A stretch of DNA of 38,287 bases. Origin: a virus. Taxonomy: Duplodnaviria > Caudoviricetes. Positions within the stretch are counted from its first letter, which is position 1; each line of letters starts with the position of its first letter. The notes under the pieces were generated by a model, which had not been told where the DNA came from, did not search any database, and saw nothing but the letters and a program-made list of their open reading frames with translations. Positions 1-7,121 of this stretch are shown here, piece after piece. Made by a program: the position numbers and the translations under genes. The stretch spans positions 1 through 38,287 of IMG/VR virus record IMGVR_UViG_3300027861_000078. One strand, 5' to 3'.

Positions 1-7
1 GAGTATA

Positions 8-1114
8 ATGCTTGGATTAGGATCCAATATGATGAAACACCCGGTTACGGGTAAATCTATCGTGCGCGATGGTTTAGTGTTACAACATAATTACAATTTA
101 AGTAGCGTTGAACCATTAAGTTCTGGTGCTGCAGATATTAATGCTGACGCTGCTAACAATGAATATATAGCTATAAGCGGTAAGCCTATTGACACAGCTG
201 ATGGTACGTATTGCTGGTGGTCTAATTCCACCCAAACAGCATACCAAACAATTTTTTCACATGGAAGTAATTCAACTGGTGCTTTCCACGCTGTTATGAG
301 TAGTACTAATAAACCTCTTTTATACCTACACAGTAATAGATACCAATATTGGGCTGACACTGGTTTTGCTGACGACGGTAAATGGCATCATTGGGCTATT
401 GTGGTAGACGTGGATGATATGCAAAATGGATGTAAATTATATATAGATGGAGTGTTAATAGCTCAGGATTCTGGCCGTATTGATACTGGAACCCCTAACT
501 CTTATGGTGATATGGTTATAGGAAAAGAGGGGTCCAATGAGTATCGAGGCTACATGTGCAACTTCGGGGTATGGTCTAGTCACCTATCCCAAGCACAAAT
601 CAAATCCATAATGAATAAAAATTACGCAGGTTTATCTGATAGCGAGAAAACAGATTTAGTTTCATGGTGGAATTTAGATTCTGTAATTCCAGATACAACA
701 TCAATTTACGATAATCATTACGGGGGAGGAGAGACACTTGGTACCGACAAGGTGACTGATGGTACATTTATAAATGGGCTTGCTAGTTGGAGTAATTCTG
801 GGGTTACCGAATCAGGTGGAGTTGTAACTTTTGATGCTGACGCTAGTACTGATTACATATTTCAGAACCTCAGTTATACTGATGATAAAGTTTACGCTAT
901 TACTTTGGAAGGAACAGGTAACGCTAAAATTAGAGTGGGGTACTCGGGACTTGCAGCTACTCAGACCGTTGTTGGAACCTTACCCGCAACACTGAATTTG
1001 TTTGTAGATTCTACCGCAAACAGAATACAAATATATAAAAACTCGGGTGACGAAATGCTATTAACGAGCGTGTCAATAAAAGAAATTAACGGTAACACAG
1101 GAACTTTATCATAA
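8..1114 (+). CDS. LamG (concanavalin A-like) plus CBM-like domain protein; putative tail fibre/receptor-binding protein
   Basis: 368 aa. LamG signatures DGKWHHWAIVVD, CKLYIDG and GYMCNFGVWSSHLSQAQIKSI. C-terminal beta-sandwich (DKVTDGTF...SVSIKEI) resembles a CBM4/9-like module. Stop overlaps the next start (TAATG). Confidence 0.75.
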   Translation: MLGLGSNMMKHPVTGKSIVRDGLVLQHNYNLSSVEPLSSGAADINADAANNEYIAISGKPIDTADGTYCWWSNSTQTAYQTIFSHGSNSTGAFHAVMSSTNKPLLYLHSNRYQYWADTGFADDGKWHHWAIVVDVDDMQNGCKLYIDGVLIAQDSGRIDTGTPNSYGDMVIGKEGSNEYRGYMCNFGVWSSHLSQAQIKSIMNKNYAGLSDSEKTDLVSWWNLDSVIPDTTSIYDNHYGGGETLGTDKVTDGTFINGLASWSNSGVTESGGVVTFDADASTDYIFQNLSYTDDKVYAITLEGTGNAKIRVGYSGLAATQTVVGTLPATLNLFVDSTANRIQIYKNSGDEMLLTSVSIKEINGNTGTLS

Positions 1115-4050
1115 TGGCGACGACAATACAACAAATAGAATTACCGAAAAAAGCCAGGGCGTTAGATACCTCTGGAAACAACAATCACGGACAAATATAT
1201 TCTGGTCGAGGATTAGAATTTGATGGGATTGGGGATCACCTTAGCATACCATTGTCTCTCATGGATGGAGCGACTGCAATTTCAATATCTTTATGGTTTA
1301 ATACGACGGAATCGAACAGCGGAATGATAGCTAAGTATGCAAGCTCGTCTATATACGCGTGGTGGATTAATGTAGAGGGGGGTAAACTTACCGCTAATAT
1401 TAACGCAAATAAAAGTAATACAAGCGACCTTACAACAACTATAGATGTTAATAATGGAAACTGGTACCACGCCACATTGACATGGAGTTATTCAAGTGGA
1501 CTAGCTAGTTTATACATTAATGGGGTGCTTGTTGATACCGACGCTAATACTAACGAGACGGATCTAAGAAATGGATCTCTAAATAATACGATAGGGTTTC
1601 AGGGGTATATTTCCAGTGGGGTTAATACCGAACAAGGAGGAGGTTACCACCAAGGACTTTTATCTAATGTGCAAATATGGGACGCGGTATTAACTGCGTC
1701 TGACGTAGCGTTTGCCTATGCGAACCCTGAAGAGCTAGCCTTAAACAATTCTGGTACATTGCTAACAGAATCCAACCTTAAATTATGGTACCCAATGCAA
1801 GATGGTCATAGAGGCCAACAATCATATATTTTAGATGGGGCTAATACAGGATTAGTGAGTTACCTTATTAATAGCGATTTTAGCACAAATACAACAAGTG
1901 ATTACTCTGTCTCCACCACGCGTGGAGATATATCTTATGAAGATAGTAGTTTTATGAGATTCACTTATAATAGCAGTAATGGTTCAGGTTTGCTCGGGCC
2001 AAGTACATTAATCTCCGGCAAAACATATAGAATAAAATTTAGAGCTAAAGGTACTCACGCGACAGCTTTTACTGGGGTTGGTAATAATAGTGATTTAGGA
2101 AATGTAACGTCAAATCCAGTTTTAACTACTGATTGGCAGGACTATGAATTCCTTATAACTGCAAACTCAACTTACATGCGTTTCTACCAGGGTACTCATG
2201 GGAGCGGTGGAACAACATTAGATATAGATGATATAACTGTACAAGCAATAAACGACAAAAACCACGCGACAACCGTGTTTTATGGGGATGAGTTGGTTGA
2301 GAACGAATCTTTTGCAACCTCAAGCGATTGGACACCGCAAACGGGTTGGACGGTTTCGGGTAACGGAGTAGCCACTGTGGATTCGTCAGCGGCAGGAACC
2401 ACGAATGTAACAAGTACAGACATGGCAGTTGTTGTAGGAAGAACCTATTACGCAGAGATGGTCGTGGACAGTGCTTCTGGAACGGGGTTAAGATTTGATT
2501 TAGGTGGTGTTAGTGGAGGAAGCTATCTTACCACCACAGGACTTAGAACAGCGACTATTACAGCGTTAACAACGGCTGGATTTTCTATGACAGCGTCTGG
2601 TTCAGATACCGCTGCTCAAATCTCAAGAGTCTCAGTAAAAGAAGTCGGCGTAGCCTCAGGCTGGACAGACGCAGATCAACAATTACATATACCGCAAACG
2701 GCTTTGCAATCGTATAATGAGTTAGCTTGGTTTCAAGATAATGGTGGAGCTAGTAATCCGCAAGCAACCGCTAGTCATCATAATGATTTTAATCCAGAAG
2801 ATGGTGATTTTACTATAAGCGCTTGGGTATATCAAGCTGATTCCCATTCAAATAATTATTTCTTTGCTCAAGGAGGAGGAGGAGCTTCAGGGTGGCATGC
2901 TAGAATTGTTTCTGGAAATGGGTATCCACTTTTCTCTATTGAAGATGATGACGGTTCAAATAATGGAAGCCTTGTGAGTATTACAGGTTCAACAGCTGTA
3001 CCTATAGGTGAATTCTTTCATTTTGTAGGAGTAATAAATAGAACCACAGATTATATCCACATGTACATAAATGGAGTTGAACAAGGCTCTGAGGATATTA
3101 GTTCAATAAACAATCCAATTGAACATTCTGCTGGAGTTCTTAAATTTGGAAGTTGGGATACAGGTTACACAAACGGAGTCATGAATGGAACCGCAACTGA
3201 ATTTAGTATATTTAAAGGTGTTGCTTTTTCTGAAGCGGAAATTATTGAACTATATAATGACGGAAAAGCGTTAGACGCAACAACGCATTCGCAAATTGCT
3301 AATCTTAAGGGTTATTGGAGAAATAATGGTTTATCCACTTGGACAAATATTAATAATCCTGGAACACACGATGCAACGCTAGTAAACGCGACTGAAACAA
3401 TCCTAATCCCACAAGGCGTAGATTCTACGCGAGATGCGCAAGGATTTATAATGAATAAGCAGAAAGATACGAGTTGCTTGAATTTTCCTACACGATCTGG
3501 TGATTACGCAGAGGTGTTGGATCACGGTGATTTAGATTTTGGTACAGGGGATTTTTCCTACGAATGCTGGGCTCAGTATGGGTTTATAAATAACTCAGAT
3601 ATTGGAGGCGCTGCTAGTGGATTGAACGTGATACTTAGTAATGGGCACGCAAGTTCATCTAACACTAGAGGGTTCAATCTATTAACAAACTCTTCAAAGT
3701 TTCTCGCAAGGATCGGCGATGGCGCTAAGGAAGACTCTTTAAACATACAGAATAGAGATGATGATGGAGACGCGGTTGCTTATGTTGTTGGTGATTGGTA
3801 TCATATTGCGGTTACAAGAACTGGTACAACCCTTAGGTCGTATGTAGATGGTGCTCCAAGTGACTATATGACAAATATGGAGTCAGACATAAGTGTTTCT
3901 ACTGACACTCCTTTTAGGATAAGTGATGATACAGTGGACAGCAGGGATTACAAATGGCCGGTAGATAGTGTTAGGCTTTACAGTAAGGAATTATCCGCGG
4001 CAGAAGTACTAAGAAATTATAACGCAACAAAAGGTAATCACAGAAATTAA
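1114..4050 (+). CDS. Multi-LamG (three domains) plus two CBM-like domains; putative receptor-binding/tail fibre protein
   Basis: 978 aa. Three LamG cores: GNWYHATLTW..LYINGV; GEFFHFVGVI..MYINGV; GDWYHIAVTR..SYVDG..VRLYSKELSAAEV. Two CBM-like inserts: LINSDFS..LDIDDITVQ and ELVENESF..ISRVSVKEV. Confidence 0.8.
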   Translation: MATTIQQIELPKKARALDTSGNNNHGQIYSGRGLEFDGIGDHLSIPLSLMDGATAISISLWFNTTESNSGMIAKYASSSIYAWWINVEGGKLTANINANKSNTSDLTTTIDVNNGNWYHATLTWSYSSGLASLYINGVLVDTDANTNETDLRNGSLNNTIGFQGYISSGVNTEQGGGYHQGLLSNVQIWDAVLTASDVAFAYANPEELALNNSGTLLTESNLKLWYPMQDGHRGQQSYILDGANTGLVSYLINSDFSTNTTSDYSVSTTRGDISYEDSSFMRFTYNSSNGSGLLGPSTLISGKTYRIKFRAKGTHATAFTGVGNNSDLGNVTSNPVLTTDWQDYEFLITANSTYMRFYQGTHGSGGTTLDIDDITVQAINDKNHATTVFYGDELVENESFATSSDWTPQTGWTVSGNGVATVDSSAAGTTNVTSTDMAVVVGRTYYAEMVVDSASGTGLRFDLGGVSGGSYLTTTGLRTATITALTTAGFSMTASGSDTAAQISRVSVKEVGVASGWTDADQQLHIPQTALQSYNELAWFQDNGGASNPQATASHHNDFNPEDGDFTISAWVYQADSHSNNYFFAQGGGGASGWHARIVSGNGYPLFSIEDDDGSNNGSLVSITGSTAVPIGEFFHFVGVINRTTDYIHMYINGVEQGSEDISSINNPIEHSAGVLKFGSWDTGYTNGVMNGTATEFSIFKGVAFSEAEIIELYNDGKALDATTHSQIANLKGYWRNNGLSTWTNINNPGTHDATLVNATETILIPQGVDSTRDAQGFIMNKQKDTSCLNFPTRSGDYAEVLDHGDLDFGTGDFSYECWAQYGFINNSDIGGAASGLNVILSNGHASSSNTRGFNLLTNSSKFLARIGDGAKEDSLNIQNRDDDGDAVAYVVGDWYHIAVTRTGTTLRSYVDGAPSDYMTNMESDISVSTDTPFRISDDTVDSRDYKWPVDSVRLYSKELSAAEVLRNYNATKGNHRN

Positions 4051-4060
4051 AAAATAAAAA

Positions 4061-4615
4061 ATGGCACATTACGAATTATATATATGTTTAACGAAAGCGG
4101 TTTACGAATCTGCAGTACCAAGCGTATTACAACCTAAGCTTGGGTGGAATAACTACACGTATACAGAGACAGAGAGAACAGGTACAAGAATGGTAAATAA
4201 ATACGATTACTTTCCATCAGAGGATAACACTGTAGCTGAGATTAAAGCTTATATGGACGATGCAAGCGTAGATTACGCTTCAGGTGATACGAAAGCCGAA
4301 CTACTTGAAAAGCTATACGCAGCGCCGCACGATACTCCACAAGTAGAAGAATCATATACTTACATAGATCAAGAGATAGATACAACAACAGCTTACACTC
4401 CAACGTGGAAAGAAGCGGCTTTTAAAGGTAACTTAGGAGCGCCAAGAACAAGTCTAGACGGTAACTTAATAGTAATTAAAGGTGAATTTAGCTTAAGAAC
4501 TGGTGAGTTATCTGCAATAATAGATCTAGGTAGCGGGATGGATTATCCAAACAACTCTGTATTAACAAAAACCGAAGCACAAGCTTTAGTATCAGGTGAA
4601 CTATTCACCGAATAA
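4061..4615 (+). CDS. Hypothetical virion/tail-associated protein with an internal HeH/LEM-like helical module
   Basis: 184 aa. EDNTVAEIKAYMDDASVDYASGDTKAELLEKL (aa 54-85) fits the helix-extended-helix pattern. Confidence 0.55.
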   Translation: MAHYELYICLTKAVYESAVPSVLQPKLGWNNYTYTETERTGTRMVNKYDYFPSEDNTVAEIKAYMDDASVDYASGDTKAELLEKLYAAPHDTPQVEESYTYIDQEIDTTTAYTPTWKEAAFKGNLGAPRTSLDGNLIVIKGEFSLRTGELSAIIDLGSGMDYPNNSVLTKTEAQALVSGELFTE

Positions 4616-4616
4616 C

Positions 4617-4640
4617 AATTAAATTAAATTAAATTAAATT
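4617..4640 (+). repeat. (AAATT)x4 tandem pentamer abutting a start codon
   Basis: aatt aaattaaattaaattaaatt lies directly before the ATG at 4641. Confidence 0.9.
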
Positions 4641-4916
4641 ATGGCAAAAAAAGAAAAGATAGTAGATTTAAAGTCTAAACCAGAAAAAATAACTGACGAG
4701 CAGTTAAAGAAAGTTCAAGAAACAGTTAACACGATAAACAGGGCTCAAATTGAGATTGGTGGTATGGAGTTAAGAAAGCATGAGGTATTACATCAACTAG
4801 CTGGAGTGAAAGATGAGTTAACTTTACTTCAAGACGAACTTAAGAAAGAGTATGGTACGGTTGATGTAAATATCAATGATGGAACAATAAATTACGATGG
4901 CGAAGCTGATTCGTAA
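4641..4916 (+). CDS. Small coiled-coil hypothetical protein
   Basis: 91 aa. Heptad-like Leu/Ile pattern (LKKVQETVNTINRAQIEIG..LQDELKKEYG), with an A/T-rich leader. Confidence 0.7.
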   Translation: MAKKEKIVDLKSKPEKITDEQLKKVQETVNTINRAQIEIGGMELRKHEVLHQLAGVKDELTLLQDELKKEYGTVDVNINDGTINYDGEADS

Positions 4917-5118
4917 AATATCTATAGGAGCGAACTATAAGAATGACGCCATGCACTATGCCGTAGGGCAAGAAGTGTATGGTGGTCATACTATATGTGA
5001 TATCATAGAGGAAGAAGATAAATTTTCTGTTTATATTAAAAAAGGTAAAGATATTTTGCCTTGGAAAGACTTTAATAAAAACATGGCAGTATCTGTCGAA
5101 TATAACTTACAATATTAA
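4897..5118 (+). CDS. Small phage hypothetical protein
   Basis: 73 aa. Overlaps the upstream gene by 20 nt, has globular composition (LIRKISIG..MHYAVGQEVYGGH) and fits the dense + strand packing. Confidence 0.7.
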   Translation: MAKLIRKISIGANYKNDAMHYAVGQEVYGGHTICDIIEEEDKFSVYIKKGKDILPWKDFNKNMAVSVEYNLQY

Positions 5119-5122
5119 AATT

Positions 5123-5512
5123 ATGAGCACACCATTTAAAATGAAAGGATTTTCTGGTTTTGGGAATTCACCTTTGAAACAAGAGCGTGTTAAAAGTGAT
5201 GTTACAAGAACTACTAAAACTAAAGGTGATAAGTATAAAACAACAGTAACAAGAAACACCTCTATCACCCCAACAACCGATAAAATAAATACTGAAGATC
5301 CAACTTCAGGATATACTTCTGATATAAAAAGTAAAACTACTACTAAAAGCAAAAGAAAGGGTGGTACTAAAGTGAAATATAAAAAATCACTTTTGATGAC
5401 AGATCCAGAAGGTAATGTTACTTCTACTGTTACTAAAAGTAAAAGAAGAGGCGGTACTAAAGTAAAAACATATAAAGGTAAAAGAGCTGTTAGAAAACAC
5501 AAAAGAATATAA
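5123..5512 (+). CDS. Highly basic Lys/Thr-rich protein, probable nucleic-acid-binding internal capsid protein
   Basis: 129 aa, K/R/T-rich. Internal repeat TKSKR[KR]GGTKVK x2. N-terminal PFKMKGFSGFGNSPLKQ. TAATG-coupled to the next gene. Confidence 0.65.
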   Translation: MSTPFKMKGFSGFGNSPLKQERVKSDVTRTTKTKGDKYKTTVTRNTSITPTTDKINTEDPTSGYTSDIKSKTTTKSKRKGGTKVKYKKSLLMTDPEGNVTSTVTKSKRRGGTKVKTYKGKRAVRKHKRI

Positions 5513-6102
5513 TGAAAAGCGTTCACGACTTTGTTGTAACGCCAAAAGGAGAAAGATACAACAACGCTAAGCAGTTAGACGGTGGGGAGCTTATTCTAAA
5601 CACTAATATTTTTAATCATCAGTTTGTCAACAGAGAAGCTATAGTAACAGCAAAACCACTTATTGGTCACACTGACATAGACACTGGAGATACTGTTTTA
5701 ATACATCACAACGTTTTTAGAAGGTGGAATGATATTAAGGGTGTGGAAAAAAATAGCAGAAGTTATTTCGATGAGAAAACATATTTTATAGCACCTGATC
5801 AGATTTTTTTGTACAAAAGAGATGGGGAATGGATTTGCCCTAAGGGATATTGTTTCGTAATGCCCTTGAAAGCAGTGGATCAATTTAACACGGAATCTGA
5901 AAAACCTTTACAAGGCATCGTTAAATTCTCCGATGGTACAGTAGAAGTAAACGATCTAGTTGGTTTTAGACCAAGTAGTGAATACGAGTTTATCGTTGAT
6001 GGCGAAAGACTATATCGAGTTAAATCTAATTTTATTACAATCAAATATGAACATCAAGGAAACGAAGAAAAGTATAATCCAAGCTGGGCACAAGGCAGTT
6101 GA
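5512..6102 (+). CDS. GroES-like co-chaperonin (two tandem GroES-like folds)
   Basis: 196 aa. DFVVTP..G.LIL..EAIVTA..IDTGDTVLI, then a second GYCFVMP..GIVKF..VEVNDLVGF..EFIVDGERLYRV, both matching the GroES pattern. Located next to the packaging and head genes. Confidence 0.6.
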   Translation: MKSVHDFVVTPKGERYNNAKQLDGGELILNTNIFNHQFVNREAIVTAKPLIGHTDIDTGDTVLIHHNVFRRWNDIKGVEKNSRSYFDEKTYFIAPDQIFLYKRDGEWICPKGYCFVMPLKAVDQFNTESEKPLQGIVKFSDGTVEVNDLVGFRPSSEYEFIVDGERLYRVKSNFITIKYEHQGNEEKYNPSWAQGS

Positions 6103-6325
6103 AGAGTTAATTAAAGTAGCAAAAGAAGCTATTGTCACTGATTCTGAAGACGATCTAACAGCTGACAAGTTAAAGAATGCTGCGGCTTCAAAGAAACTAG
6201 CTATATTTGATGCATTTGAGATACTTAATAGAATAGAAGAAGAAGAGAACCTGCTTGAAGGTAAAGTAACTGAAAAGGTAGAGGAAAAGACTTTTAAGGG
6301 ATTCGCAGAGGGTAGATCAAAATAA
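6047..6325 (+). CDS. Probable terminase small subunit (helical 92-aa protein)
   Basis: ATG at 6047 (MNIKETKK...) is preferred over the track's 5960 start, which would overlap 143 nt of the GroES-like gene. All-helical and charged, upstream of TerL. Function is inferred from position. Confidence 0.5.
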   Translation: MNIKETKKSIIQAGHKAVEELIKVAKEAIVTDSEDDLTADKLKNAAASKKLAIFDAFEILNRIEEEENLLEGKVTEKVEEKTFKGFAEGRSK

Positions 6326-6333
6326 TAAAACAC

Positions 6334-7104
6334 ATGGGATTAAACAATAATACATTAGATTTTTACTTAGAATTGGCCAAAGGGCTTGTGCCAAAGCATG
6401 TGGGCATTAATAAGTTTGGTTCTAATCGAGATATAGACACGGGTTCAGATCCCGAAACAATATGGAGTGCTGGTGGTTTGTATGTCTTCCCAAGTTCAGC
6501 TGACACACTTAAGATAATAAGTAATGATGTTGATGACAATGGGACTGGTACTACTGGAGCTTTAACAATAAAAGTTCAAGGTTTGGACACTAACTACGAT
6601 ACCATAGAAGAAGATTTCACGTTAAATGGTCAAACTGCGGTAACTGGTAATAAGGAGTTTTTAAGAGTTTATAGAGCTTTTGTTACTTCTGCTGGATCGA
6701 GCGAATACAACGAGGGCGTTATAACTATAAACAACTCTGACGATAGCTTAACTTTAGCTACAATACCAGCTGAGAACGGACAAACTCAAATGGCTATATA
6801 CACTGTTCCTAGAAACCATAAAGCATATCTAACAAACTTATCTGGAGCTATTGTTAAGGGTGCGGGCGCTGCTACATCCGCTGACATCCAGTATTACTCT
6901 AGAAAAAATGGTGTTATAAGGCTGCATCAACAGATAAGTTTAGATTCCACGGGTACCTCTGAGTTTAATAAGACATATGCAATTCCATTAAGTTTTGAAG
7001 AAAAAACGGATTTATATGCAGAAGCACTTGTTGGGGCAAATAATACCTCTGTGTTCGTAAATTTTGGTATAATTGTAGTGGATCAAAGCGCAAAGTATCA
7101 GTAA
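6334..7104 (+). CDS. Beta-rich phage hypothetical protein (possible virion accessory protein)
   Basis: 256 aa, G/T/N-rich, alternating beta-strand pattern (INKFGSN, TGALTIKVQGLDTNY, GQTQMAIYTVP). Confidence 0.6.
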   Translation: MGLNNNTLDFYLELAKGLVPKHVGINKFGSNRDIDTGSDPETIWSAGGLYVFPSSADTLKIISNDVDDNGTGTTGALTIKVQGLDTNYDTIEEDFTLNGQTAVTGNKEFLRVYRAFVTSAGSSEYNEGVITINNSDDSLTLATIPAENGQTQMAIYTVPRNHKAYLTNLSGAIVKGAGAATSADIQYYSRKNGVIRLHQQISLDSTGTSEFNKTYAIPLSFEEKTDLYAEALVGANNTSVFVNFGIIVVDQSAKYQ

Positions 7105-7121
7105 ATTAAATTAAATTAAAT
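7102..7121 (+). repeat. (TAAAT)x4 tandem pentamer linking the upstream stop codon to the terL start
   Basis: taaattaaattaaattaaatg: the first TAA is the stop of 6334..7104, and the last unit provides the AT of the ATG at 7120. Confidence 0.9.

Noticed and set aside
4595-4609. GGTGAA-CTA-TTCACC inverted repeat at the end of the 184-aa gene
   Set aside because: Only 6 bp with a 3-nt loop and no U-tract, too weak to call a terminator.
5107-5526. 139-aa hydrophobic minus-strand ORF that looks like a membrane protein or holin
   Set aside because: Exact antisense of the K/T-rich gene. The hydrophobicity is an artefact of complementing AAA/ACT codons.
5960-6046. Longer N-terminus for the putative terS
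   Set aside because: Non-ATG start deep inside the GroES-like gene. ATG 6047 has an A-rich leader and gives a coherent helical protein.
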